A stretch of 64,000 nt of DNA from Prevotellaceae bacterium UBA4361 (GCA_002393575.1 DGSN01000032.1:44783-108782); one strand, 5' to 3'; positions 45,920-54,654 are shown, numbered from the stretch's first letter. Notes: generated by a model from the letters alone, not told the origin. Program-made: numbers and translations.

Positions 45920-46738
45920 TTAATCTTCGCCACCCATCACCTGCTCATAGAACTGGTTGTAAGCATCTTTGTAGTCCTCGCCTTGATATGGCAGAATCGG
46001 AATATCCAAACTCTTGGCATAATCCACAACTTCCGCACTCACATGGTCATCGTCGAAGACTACACCGTCAGAAAACTTGATGGCAATTTTTTGCAACTCA
46101 TCATAGCCGAATTCCGTGTCGCAAAGGTCCTCAATGTCCGAAAGCACAGCATCCCTGAAAGGAATACAATTCTTTGTGCTCTCACCAAGGTCGTTCTTGA
46201 ATTCAGGCGACGAAGCAGAAAACACCACTTTCGCATCCGAAAATGAAGGTTCATCAGCGTATGCTTTTTTAATGAAGAGAGGAGCCAGCGCTGTAATCCA
46301 ACCATGACAATGAATCACATCTGGCACCCAGCGCAATTTCTTCACGGTTTCGAGAACGCCACGTGCATAGAAGATGGCACGCTCTCCATTGTCGGTATAT
46401 TCCTGACCTTTCTCATCACAAATCATTCCACGTTTCATGAAATAGTCATCATTATCTATGAAGTAGATTTGCATTCGAGCCTGAGGAATAGAAGCCACCT
46501 TGATGATCAAAGGATGATCCGTATCGTCAATGATGATATTCATACCCGACAGACGAATCACCTCGTGCAACTGATTGCGGCGTTCATTAATCATCCCCCA
46601 CTTGGGTGTGAAAGTTCTGATTTCATGACCTGACTCCTGAATAGTTTGTGGGAGAAAACGTCCCATTATTGATTTTGCGTCCTCTGGCACAAACGGAACC
46701 ATGGCCTGAGTAATAAATAGAATCTTTTTCGCTTTCAT
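45920..46738 (-). CDS. Glycogen/starch synthase-like protein, N-terminal (GT5) half only
   Basis: 272 aa. KILFITQAMVPFV...GHEIRTFTPKWG...IHCHGWITALAPLF resembles the N-terminal Rossmann half of GlgA. No C-terminal GT1 half is encoded. Confidence 0.7.
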   Translation of the reverse strand: MKAKKILFITQAMVPFVPEDAKSIMGRFLPQTIQESGHEIRTFTPKWGMINERRNQLHEVIRLSGMNIIIDDTDHPLIIKVASIPQARMQIYFIDNDDYFMKRGMICDEKGQEYTDNGERAIFYARGVLETVKKLRWVPDVIHCHGWITALAPLFIKKAYADEPSFSDAKVVFSASSPEFKNDLGESTKNCIPFRDAVLSDIEDLCDTEFGYDELQKIAIKFSDGVVFDDDHVSAEVVDYAKSLDIPILPYQGEDYKDAYNQFYEQVMGGED

Positions 46739-46860
46739 TTCTTGCTATTCTCCTTATCTTGGAAAACCTTTAAGCATCAATAACTTCAATCCTTCTTTCA
46801 GATGCCATTTTGAGTCATCTCCAAAAGATTAATTCATTGACGCATAAAGATTTGCCTATG

Positions 46861-46868
46861 CAAAGATA
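46861..46868 (-). promoter_or_regulatory. Bacteroidota -7 promoter box TATCTTTG
   Basis: Minus-strand TATCTTTG about 123 nt upstream of the glgA-like ATG. Confidence 0.4.
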
Positions 46869-46922
46869 TAAAAAATTTTCGTGAAATTAGCAAGTTTTTT
46901 ACTTTTATTAAGAATTCAGACA

Positions 46923-47744
46923 CTAATATTGCTCGTTTTCATTCGGGAAGTCACAATTCTTTACATCTTCTATATAATGACCAATGGCATCCGTCATGAT
47001 AGTCGATAAGTCAGCATAGCGGCGTAAGAACTTAGGAGTAAAGCCTTTTGTCATGCCTAACATATCAGCTACAACGAGCACTTGACCATCCACCTTGTCG
47101 CCAGCACCAATACCAATAATAGGAATAGTCAGTTCACTCGCTACACGAGCAGCCAACATGGCAGGAATTTTCTCCAGCACGATAGAAAAACAGCCCGCAT
47201 CCTCCAGCGCATGAGCATCGCTGATGAGCTTCTGAGCCTCGGCTTCTTCCTTCGCACGGACCGTGTAAGTGCCAAATTTGTTGATAGACTGAGGAGTCAG
47301 TCCCAGATGACCCATCACAGGAATGCCTGCATCCAGAATCTTCCTGACCGTTTCAATGATTTCCACACCACCTTCCAGCTTCAGCGCGTCGCAGTGACTT
47401 TCCTTCATGATACGGATTGCGTTCTTCACACCCTCCGTGCAGTTGGTCTGATACGTTCCAAAAGGCATGTCGCACACCACCAGAGCACGCTGAGTGGCAC
47501 GAACCACCGACTTAGCATGATAAATCATCTGGTCGAGAGTAATAGGCAATGTAGTCACATTACCAGCCATCACGTTCGAAGCAGAATCACCAACAAGAAT
47601 CACATCCATGCCAGCTGAATCCACTATCTGAGCCGTTGTATAATCATACGAAGTCAACATGGCAATCTTCTTGCCTTCCTGTTTCATTTGCATCAAGCGG
47701 TGAGTTGTCACCTTTCGCTTGTCTTCAACTAAATAACCAGCCAT
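46923..47744 (-). CDS. panB: 3-methyl-2-oxobutanoate hydroxymethyltransferase
   Basis: 273 aa. [30 protein letters not shown] and KLEGG motifs. Confidence 0.93.
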   Translation of the reverse strand: MAGYLVEDKRKVTTHRLMQMKQEGKKIAMLTSYDYTTAQIVDSAGMDVILVGDSASNVMAGNVTTLPITLDQMIYHAKSVVRATQRALVVCDMPFGTYQTNCTEGVKNAIRIMKESHCDALKLEGGVEIIETVRKILDAGIPVMGHLGLTPQSINKFGTYTVRAKEEAEAQKLISDAHALEDAGCFSIVLEKIPAMLAARVASELTIPIIGIGAGDKVDGQVLVVADMLGMTKGFTPKFLRRYADLSTIMTDAIGHYIEDVKNCDFPNENEQY

Positions 47745-47781
47745 AATAATTTCTGTATTAGTGATTAATTTTTAATTGTTA

Positions 47782-47789
47782 CAAATTTA
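47782..47789 (-). promoter_or_regulatory. Bacteroidota -7 promoter box TAAATTTG upstream of panB
   Basis: Minus-strand TAAATTTG 38 nt upstream of the panB ATG. Overlaps the stop codon of the HAD gene. Confidence 0.4.
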
Positions 47790-48446
47790 CCGTCCCACAA
47801 AATTCATTTTGTGGTCCACTATCTCCTCATAGCTCAAGCCCTTGAAACTATCCACCACAAGGCTGCACCTGCTTTCAATCACCTCACGTGGATTCGTAGT
47901 CGGGAAGCCAATCGTAAACATACCTGCACGCATACCAGCTTCCAGTCCTGTCAGTGCATCCTCAAACACCACACATTCCTCTATCTTTGCGTCAAACACC
48001 TTTGCGCCCAACAAATAGCAGTCAGGATTCGGTTTTGAAGCAGTAAACATCTCAGCAGTCAGCAAGCGGTCGAACAAATCATCAAAATAAGGAATACAAC
48101 GTCGCAGGCTACTCATCTTCTTTTCGTTCGAACTCGTCACCACCGCACATTTCACTCCTCTTCCATGAATGTCGCGGACGAAATCTTCTGCACCCTCCAC
48201 AAACTCAAACTTCATTTGTGCTTCGTAGGCATCCAACTCCTCCTCTATCTGTTCATGCTTTTCCACAGGGAAATATCTATTCAATATCTGTGTCAGCGTT
48301 GTTCCCTTGATGACATCACAGAAGTTCTCAATCTCGGGATGATAGCGTTTGCCCATATCGCCCCAAAACACTGAATACTGTCCTTCAGAATCCACCAACG
48401 TGCCATCCACATCGAACAGCGCTACTTTAAATAATTCGTTCAACAT
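47787..48446 (-). CDS. HAD-superfamily hydrolase (subfamily IA, beta-phosphoglucomutase-like)
   Basis: 219 aa. Motif I FDVDGTLVDSE. Cap-domain helices. Confidence 0.8.
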   Translation of the reverse strand: MLNELFKVALFDVDGTLVDSEGQYSVFWGDMGKRYHPEIENFCDVIKGTTLTQILNRYFPVEKHEQIEEELDAYEAQMKFEFVEGAEDFVRDIHGRGVKCAVVTSSNEKKMSSLRRCIPYFDDLFDRLLTAEMFTASKPNPDCYLLGAKVFDAKIEECVVFEDALTGLEAGMRAGMFTIGFPTTNPREVIESRCSLVVDSFKGLSYEEIVDHKMNFVGR

Positions 48447-48463
48447 ATAATATATAATTTACA

Positions 48464-48620
48464 ATTAAGAATGTAGAATGAAGAATAAATTTTTACCCTG
48501 CTCATTCGATGAGAAATTTTCATTCTTCATTCGGAGCGAAGCGACTATTCTTCATTCTTCATTTAAGCGTAGCGCTCATTCTTCATTCGGAGCGAAGCGA
48601 CCATTCTTCATTCTTCATTT
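48464..48620. repeat. Family A hairpin element, copy 3, with an internally duplicated right arm
   Basis: aagaatgtagaatgaagaat - aaatttttaccctgctcattcgatgagaaatttt - cattcttcattcggagcgaagcgac(t/c)attcttcattcttcatttaag. The last block is present twice (48521-48566 and 48577-48622). The MBL stop codon at 48608-48610 lies inside the arm. Confidence 0.85.
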
Positions 48621-49429
48621 AAGTTGAGCGTCCATGGTCCCGAAACCATATAGCGTTTCAGCACGTCCAGTTCGAAATCCACACCAGCAATGATACCATA
48701 TTGGCGCAGCTTCTGCTCCACCGTCTTGCGTGCCAATTCGGGATGGTTGTTTTGCTCGCTCAGATGGCATAGCCACACATGCCGCAACCCCTCATGGAAA
48801 TTGTCAGCCAATACCTGCGCCGTTTGGTCATTACTCAGATGTCCCGTACCACAAGTGATACGCTTCTTCAGATATTGAGGATAAGGACCATTGCGAAGCA
48901 TCTCCGCATCGAAGTCTGCCTCTATCATCAGATAGTTAGCCTTGCCAATATAAGTGTTCACCTCGTCCGTAGGTGTACCAATGTCTGTCATCACGCAGAA
49001 AGTGTCTCCGTCTGTCGTCTCAATGCAGTAACCCACATTCTCCGTCGCATCATGAGGCAACGGAAACGCAGTCACAGTCAGCGTCGTTCCCAGTTCGAAA
49101 GGAACCCCCTTTTCTATGTTCACGTCGCGACTTATCTCCACCTTTCGCATGGCATGATAATTATGGCGCATACCTTCATGAATCTCAGCAGTCGTAAAAA
49201 CCTTCAGGTTCAAGTCATTGCTTACGTACCCCGCAGCCTTGATATGGTCAGCATGGTCGTGAGTGATGAGAACACCTCGCAAGATGGAAGTATTCAAGCC
49301 ATACTCCCTTGTATAGCGCTTCAGCCTGCGGATTCCTATCCCCGCATCAATCAGCACAGCATCAGTACCATTGCTCACGTATGAGCAATTACCACTACTT
49401 CCGCTTCCAAAACATACAAACTGTAGCAT
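48608..49429 (-). CDS. MBL-fold metallo-hydrolase
   Basis: ITHDHADH motif. Start set at ATG 49429 (MLQFVCFGSGSSGNC), because a TAACTTTG -7 box sits at 49448-49455, inside the longer track ORF. Confidence 0.8.
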   Translation of the reverse strand: MLQFVCFGSGSSGNCSYVSNGTDAVLIDAGIGIRRLKRYTREYGLNTSILRGVLITHDHADHIKAAGYVSNDLNLKVFTTAEIHEGMRHNYHAMRKVEISRDVNIEKGVPFELGTTLTVTAFPLPHDATENVGYCIETTDGDTFCVMTDIGTPTDEVNTYIGKANYLMIEADFDAEMLRNGPYPQYLKKRITCGTGHLSNDQTAQVLADNFHEGLRHVWLCHLSEQNNHPELARKTVEQKLRQYGIIAGVDFELDVLKRYMVSGPWTLNLNEE

Positions 49430-49447
49430 TGTATTAAGATTTTGCTG

Positions 49448-49455
49448 CAAAGTTA
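49448..49455 (-). promoter_or_regulatory. Bacteroidota -7 promoter box TAACTTTG upstream of the MBL-fold gene
   Basis: Minus-strand TAACTTTG 19 nt upstream of ATG 49429. Confidence 0.45.
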
Positions 49456-49563
49456 CAAGTTTTTTCCCACACCGCACCTCTATCAATAATTAAAACACGT
49501 CAATGAATGTTTAAACATTACTAATTTAAAAGCTTTTTCATTGTGATTGATGAAAAAAATGGT

Positions 49564-49571
49564 TAAATTTG
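49564..49571 (+). promoter_or_regulatory. Bacteroidota -7 promoter box TAAATTTG
   Basis: Plus-strand TAAATTTG about 254 nt upstream of the 49825 lipoprotein gene. The composite repeats would then lie in the 5' UTR. Confidence 0.35.
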
Positions 49572-49584
49572 CAGCGACAGTTTT

Positions 49585-49748
49585 CTTAACTTCTCAACCA
49601 TAACGATAACCACAACCCGAACTTTCCATCCGGATGGCGGTTAAGGTTAAGAACTTAAAAACTCAAAAACTCAAAAACTTAAAAACTTAAAAACTTAAAA
49701 ACTTAAAAAGCCTCACCCCCGACCCCTCTCCGAAGGGCGAGGGGAGTG
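49585..49748. repeat. Composite of three repeat families: family C hairpin (inverted copy), TTAAAAAC/CTCAAAAAC octamer tract, GC-rich CCTCACCCCC...GGGGAG hairpin
   Basis: Three blocks. First, 49585-49653: cttaacttctcaaccataacgataaccacaacc...ccatccggatgg...ggttaaggttaag. Second, 49654-49709: octamer repeats. Third, 49705-49748: aaaaagcctcacccccgacccctctccgaagggcgaggggagtgg, which is the reverse complement of 63186-63226. Confidence 0.8.
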
Positions 49749-49824
49749 GATAGAGAGGAAAAAAATCCTTCTAAATCCTTTAAATCCCTGATTAAAAACT
49801 CAAATACTTAAAAACATAATCAAA

Positions 49825-50514
49825 ATGAAGAAAATCAGTTTTTTCGCAGCCATCCTCTCCAGCTCCATGTTTTTCGCTGGATGTGGCACCCAGTCCTCTT
49901 CCTCCAACGTAGGTAATATCCTCGGAAACATCGCCACCAGTGTCCTCACCGGCCAAGACGCAGCATCAGCAGCCACGGGAGCTATTACCAACGGTTCTGC
50001 TATCAGCAGTATCATCGGAATCCTCACCAGCGGACTCTCATCCTCCGCCAACGCTAACAGCATCTATGGCACTTGGGTCTATTCCGAACCAGCCATCCAG
50101 TTCGAAAGCGAGAACGCATTGGCACAAATCGGCAGTGGCGTGGTCAATAACATTGTCCAGAACAAGTTGGCACCATACTACAAGAAAATCGGCATCACCC
50201 CTGGCAAGTTCTCCCTCACATTCAACCAGGACAACACCTTCGTTTACACCATGAACGGAAAGCAGTACAACGGCACTTACACCTACGATGCCAAGTCCAA
50301 GACCGCCAACATCCAGGGCAGCATCCTTTCTTTGCCAACTTGCTATGTCACACTTTCCACCTCTGAGCTGGCACTCACCTACGACTCATCCAAGATGCTC
50401 AACATCGCACAAGCAGTTGCTGCCAAGTCGGGCAATGCCACCCTCGGTGCCATCTCCGACCTCTCTTCCACCTACAAAGGCATGAAGACTGGATTCCTCT
50501 TCAAGAAACAATAA
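49825..50514 (+). CDS. Lipoprotein of unknown function (Ser/Gly/Ala-rich linker plus a lipocalin-like C-terminal part?)
   Basis: Lipobox MKKISFFAAILSSSMFFAGC. Low-complexity S/A/G/I-rich region followed by a beta-rich domain. Confidence 0.6.
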   Translation: MKKISFFAAILSSSMFFAGCGTQSSSSNVGNILGNIATSVLTGQDAASAATGAITNGSAISSIIGILTSGLSSSANANSIYGTWVYSEPAIQFESENALAQIGSGVVNNIVQNKLAPYYKKIGITPGKFSLTFNQDNTFVYTMNGKQYNGTYTYDAKSKTANIQGSILSLPTCYVTLSTSELALTYDSSKMLNIAQAVAAKSGNATLGAISDLSSTYKGMKTGFLFKKQ

Positions 50515-50546
50515 TTCGAACAACACAACAGAACATTACAACTTTA

Positions 50547-50585
50547 CCCGAGAGTACATTTCCACTCTCGGGCTATTATTTTTCC
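50547..50585 (+). terminator. Intrinsic terminator of the 49825 lipoprotein gene
   Basis: Perfect 9-bp stem cccgagagt/actctcggg with an 8-nt loop, followed by CTATTATTTTT. Confidence 0.7.
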
Positions 50586-50717
50586 ATAACAAAGGAACTG
50601 CCACGCGATTTCGGGATAAGAATCATTCTCAACATGGCACGTGTAAGCTTGCATAGGGAATAACAACCAGAAAAGTTTTGAATCGACTGGCGTTTTCATT
50701 GGGTTGTGCTGAAAAGT

Positions 50718-50794
50718 CGAGCCCTCAGCGTTTTTCAAGCGAGCCCTCGTTTGAATCACGACGAGGGCTCGCTGTTTCGACAACGAGCCCTCGC
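50718..50794. repeat. CGAGCCCTCG word cluster with a perfect 12-bp hairpin
   Basis: gcgagccctcgt (50739-50750) pairs with acgagggctcgc (50761-50772). Extra half-sites at 50718-50728 and 50783-50794. Resembles the ACGAGCGCTCGT palindromes at 31474-31535. Confidence 0.8.
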
Positions 50795-50852
50795 AGCTTT
50801 TATTGAATCAAAAAGTGTTTCAGGCAATTCTCTTTCCGAACTGTCGTGAGGA

Positions 50853-51863
50853 CTAATAGCTGACAGGAAAGTGGTAAACAACTGGGAGATGGTCGGAGAA
50901 TCCACCAAGATAGACGGGTCCTTGGTAGGTTCTCGATGGCTTTCTTCCTCCAAAAGACGTGTCGTCCTGAAACAAGAAAGGCAAAGAAAGTGTACGGACA
51001 GAGGTGGAGAGATGAGCAAGCGATGGACTCACCCAAATTTGGTCAATCCATTCCCAAACACCTCGATACTTGTAAGACCCCAAAGGTAATTTAGCGACAA
51101 GATTGCGCATGGACAGACAGAGGCGAGCAAAAGTCTTGATGTCGGCAGATGCGGGTGGTGCATTGAAATCACCTGCAAGAAGAATGTATGCTTGTGGTGA
51201 CTGACGGAGCAGAACATGGATGTCTTGCGCCATGAGACGAAGCAGCTCTTTTCGTTTTTGTCGTGCCTCTTCACGCCCAAGTTGGGAGGGGAGATGGACT
51301 GCGTAGATGTGAAGTGTGTCACCAGAAGAAATACGTCCCCAAACATGTAGTATGTCGCGAGTGGGAAGCCACCCTTTCGCTGCAAGCAGAGAGTCTGAAA
51401 GTGCAATTGTTTGGGAGTTGATGAAATGAAAACTCAATGGTTGATAAACGATAGCCAGGTTCATGCCTCGGTCGTCAGGAGCATCCGTCATCAAGTATTG
51501 ATACCCTAAAGAAGCAAGGGGTGTTTGATGGACGAGATAGGAAAGACAAGAATCGGATTCCACTTCCTGTAACACTGCGATGTCCAACGGTTTAATGGTA
51601 TCGGCTGCAAGCATGACCTGAGCTATGCGTTGCATCTTTCGAGCAAAGCGAAAACGTGTCCAGCGTTGCTTTCCCTGTGGCAGGAAATCCGTGTCTTGAT
51701 GATGAGTGGACTGAATGGTATCAAAAGCGTTTTCGCAGTTGTAGGTCAGCAATGTAAAGAATGTCGAGGCTTGAGAGAAGGCTTCGATTGAGAAGAAAAA
51801 GAGAAGAAGAAATAAATGAAGAATGAAGAATGTAGAATTAAGAATGGATTTTACACTGCTCAT
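50853..51863 (-). CDS. Endonuclease/exonuclease/phosphatase (EEP) family protein, secreted
   Basis: LLTYNCENAFD, LAGDFNAP and FSDHLPV motifs. The only ATG upstream of the catalytic N-terminus is 51863, which lies inside the loop of family A repeat copy 4. Confidence 0.8.
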   Translation of the reverse strand: MSSVKSILNSTFFILHLFLLLFFFSIEAFSQASTFFTLLTYNCENAFDTIQSTHHQDTDFLPQGKQRWTRFRFARKMQRIAQVMLAADTIKPLDIAVLQEVESDSCLSYLVHQTPLASLGYQYLMTDAPDDRGMNLAIVYQPLSFHFINSQTIALSDSLLAAKGWLPTRDILHVWGRISSGDTLHIYAVHLPSQLGREEARQKRKELLRLMAQDIHVLLRQSPQAYILLAGDFNAPPASADIKTFARLCLSMRNLVAKLPLGSYKYRGVWEWIDQIWVSPSLAHLSTSVRTLSLPFLFQDDTSFGGRKPSRTYQGPVYLGGFSDHLPVVYHFPVSY

Positions 51864-51932
51864 GGAATTGGTAATTTTTACACTTCATTCTACATTCTTC
51901 ATTCTTCATTTTCCCCTCTTCATTCTTCATTT
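51812..51932. repeat. Family A hairpin element, copy 4
   Basis: ataaatgaagaatgaagaatgtagaattaagaatgg - attttacactgctcatggaattggtaatttt - tacacttcattctacattcttcattcttcatt...cattcttcatttt. Contains the stop codon of the upstream ABC ATPase gene (51927-51929) and the start codon of the EEP gene (51861-51863). Confidence 0.85.
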
Positions 51933-52703
51933 TCTTGTTATCTTTTGTTCGTCGTAAGCAATTTTTGCTTGACGGAGAATATCGGACGAAAAGATGAAGT
52001 CCTGAAGAGGCTTGTTGGTGGCATCCATGATTTCCTTGTTCGAGCCTTGCCACTCAGCCCTGCCTTCGCAGATAAAGGTGATGTTCTCGCCAATACCCAT
52101 CACTGAATTCATGTCGTGGGTATTCACGATGGTCGTGATTTGGTCTTCGTGTGTAATGCCCTGGATGAGTTCGTCGATGACGATGGATGTCTTCGGGTCG
52201 AGTCCAGAATTGGGTTCATCGCAGAAAAGGTATCGTGGTTGAAGCACAATGGCACGAGCAATGGCAACACGTTTCTGCATACCGCCCGACAGTTCTGCTG
52301 GCAACTTCTTGTCGGTCCCCTTGAGGTTGACTCGCTCCAAGCATAGCTGTGCCCGTTTCACTCGCTCATCACGCGAGAGGTCGGAAAACATATCCAGCGG
52401 AAACATGACATTCTCCAAAACGGTGAGCGAGTCGAAAAGTGCTGCACTCTGGAAAATCATTCCCATCTCACGACGCAGAAGAATCTTTTCTTTCTTTGGC
52501 ATACTGACAAAATCGCGGTCGTCGTAGAGAATCTGTCCCTTGGTGGGTGTGAGCAGTCCCACGATATTTTTCATGAGCACGGTCTTACCACTACCACTCT
52601 GTCCAATGATAAGGTTGATTTGTCCGTTTTTGAAAGTGGCATTGATGTCTTTGAGTACTTCCTTGTCGTCGAATGACTTGAAAAGATGGGAAACTTGTAT
52701 CAT
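51927..52703 (-). CDS. mlaF: ABC transporter ATP-binding protein (MlaF-like)
   Basis: Walker A GQSGSGKT, signature LSGGMQKR, Walker B YLFCDEP. Downstream of the MlaE-like permease gene. Confidence 0.8.
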   Translation of the reverse strand: MIQVSHLFKSFDDKEVLKDINATFKNGQINLIIGQSGSGKTVLMKNIVGLLTPTKGQILYDDRDFVSMPKKEKILLRREMGMIFQSAALFDSLTVLENVMFPLDMFSDLSRDERVKRAQLCLERVNLKGTDKKLPAELSGGMQKRVAIARAIVLQPRYLFCDEPNSGLDPKTSIVIDELIQGITHEDQITTIVNTHDMNSVMGIGENITFICEGRAEWQGSNKEIMDATNKPLQDFIFSSDILRQAKIAYDEQKITRK

Positions 52704-52724
52704 AATGAGGAATGAGGAATCGTT

Positions 52725-53471
52725 TTATGTGAGGATTTGGGTGAGGAAGACGTCTGCAAAAAGAACCAGGATGGATGAAGCGACTACGGCATCGGTGGAT
52801 GCTTTTCCCACTTCTACAGAACCTCCCACCACACTGTAACCCTTGAAGGCTGAAACACTGGAAATGATGAAGGCATAGACAACAGCCTTAATCATTCCAC
52901 ACCAAAAGAACCATTGGTTGAAATCGTATCGGAATCCTTCGTCAAGCTCTGGGATGGTGGTAATGCCCATGAAGGACGTGGCGTAAGCTCCAACGATTCC
53001 AGCAAACACGCTGAGGGTGACAAGCACCGGCATCATGGTCATGAGTCCGAGAATCTTAGGAAGGATGAGATAGTTGGCAGAATTGACTCCCATAATATCC
53101 AGTGCATCAATTTGTTGAGTGATTCTCATTGTACCTAATTCTGAAGCGATATTAGAGCCTACTTTTCCCGATAGGATGAGACACATGACGGAAGAGGAAA
53201 ATTCGAGAAGCATGATTTCACGAGTGGTGTAACCCACCACCATTCGCGGCATCCATGCGCTCTGAATGTTGAGTTTGATTTGCAGACAGATGACTGCACC
53301 AATGAAGAAAGAGATGATGAGAACAAGACCGATGGAGTTGTAGCCCAACTGGTACATTTCGGTCACATATTGTTTGTAGAACATACGCATACGGTCGGGC
53401 ACTGCCAAGGTGCGTCCCATCGTCTGCACATATTGTCCTAATTCTGTGAGCGAGCGTTTGAGTGAAATCAT
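52725..53471 (-). CDS. mlaE: MlaE-family ABC transporter permease
   Basis: 248 aa, about 5-6 TM helices. QIDALDIMGVNS motif is typical of MlaE/Ttg2B permeases. Confidence 0.75.
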   Translation of the reverse strand: MISLKRSLTELGQYVQTMGRTLAVPDRMRMFYKQYVTEMYQLGYNSIGLVLIISFFIGAVICLQIKLNIQSAWMPRMVVGYTTREIMLLEFSSSVMCLILSGKVGSNIASELGTMRITQQIDALDIMGVNSANYLILPKILGLMTMMPVLVTLSVFAGIVGAYATSFMGITTIPELDEGFRYDFNQWFFWCGMIKAVVYAFIISSVSAFKGYSVVGGSVEVGKASTDAVVASSILVLFADVFLTQILT

Positions 53472-53503
53472 TGCAATGAAAGATGAAAACTTATTTCAAA
53501 CTG

Positions 53504-53511
53504 CAAAAATA
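53504..53511 (-). promoter_or_regulatory. Bacteroidota -7 promoter box TATTTTTG upstream of mlaE
   Basis: Minus-strand TATTTTTG 33 nt upstream of ATG 53471. Confidence 0.45.
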
Positions 53512-53772
53512 AGAAAAAATTTGTTGGTATGCCGTCTTTTGGGGCAAAAAAATCCATTTTGAACGAAATACGCCTGTGCAAAGAAAGGACATAGAGGATT
53601 CACGGCATGAACAAATGACAAACGGCTAACGCAAAAAGGGCACAGCAATTATTCACGACGAAGGGCCATGAAATCCGTTTTACAAGCCCACGGCTATCGC
53701 AAGATTTTGTTAATTTAATTTGATTTAACATATCTTTTTACGACAGATTGCAAGAATTAAGCAAAGAATTAC

Positions 53773-53780
53773 TACTTTTG
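53773..53780 (+). promoter_or_regulatory. Bacteroidota -7 promoter box TACTTTTG upstream of lptB
   Basis: Plus-strand TACTTTTG 23 nt upstream of ATG 53803. Confidence 0.45.
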
Positions 53781-53802
53781 CAAAATATTATTACGATTCA
53801 GA

Positions 53803-54654
53803 ATGGCAGAAGATATTTTGAAAAGCGCAACGACCAATGCTGGCGATGCTGAAGTGCCAGAATTTTCAGAAGACCGTCAGACGCTTTACACTCGCCACTT
53901 GGTGAAGACTTACGGAAAGCGAACGGTGGTGAACGATGTTTCCATCCACGTGAGGCAAGGCGAAATCGTTGGGCTGCTGGGTCCGAACGGTGCTGGCAAG
54001 ACCACTTCTTTCTATATGACAACCGGACTGGTGGTTCCCAACGGTGGCAAGGTGTTTCTGAACGACACCGAAATCACGCACTACCCCGTAGCGAAACGAG
54101 CACAAGCTGGCGTAGGCTATCTGGCACAGGAAGCATCAGTGTTTAGGACCATGAGTGTGGAGGACAATCTGATGACTGTGCTCGAAATGCGAAAAGACAT
54201 CACTCGGGAACAACGAAAGGAAAAGATGGAAAGTCTGCTCGATGAGTTCCGTCTTCAAAAGGTGAGGAAGAACAACGGCAACCAGTTGTCGGGTGGTGAG
54301 CGTCGTCGCTGCGAGATTGCACGATGCCTTGCCATCGACCCGAAATTCATCATGCTTGATGAACCGTTCGCTGGTGTTGACCCTATCGCTGTGGAGGACA
54401 TTCAGTACATCGTATGGAAACTGAAGGACCGTAACATTGGCATTCTCATCACCGACCACAACGTACAGGAAACACTCTGTATCACGGACCGTGCCTATCT
54501 GCTGTTCGAGGGAAGAATCCTGTTCAAGGGTACTCCTCCCGAATTGGCTCAAAATACAATTGTGAAAGAAAAATATCTTGGCTCCACTTTTGTGCTTCGT
54601 CCAAAGGACTTCCAGCTCATCGGAGAAAAGAAACAAAGGGAAAGCGAGGAATGA
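53803..54654 (+). CDS. lptB: LPS export ABC transporter ATP-binding protein
   Basis: Walker A GPNGAGKTT, signature LSGGERRR, Walker B IMLDEPFAGVDP, and ITDHNVQETL, which is typical of LptB. Confidence 0.85.
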   Translation: MAEDILKSATTNAGDAEVPEFSEDRQTLYTRHLVKTYGKRTVVNDVSIHVRQGEIVGLLGPNGAGKTTSFYMTTGLVVPNGGKVFLNDTEITHYPVAKRAQAGVGYLAQEASVFRTMSVEDNLMTVLEMRKDITREQRKEKMESLLDEFRLQKVRKNNGNQLSGGERRRCEIARCLAIDPKFIMLDEPFAGVDPIAVEDIQYIVWKLKDRNIGILITDHNVQETLCITDRAYLLFEGRILFKGTPPELAQNTIVKEKYLGSTFVLRPKDFQLIGEKKQRESEE

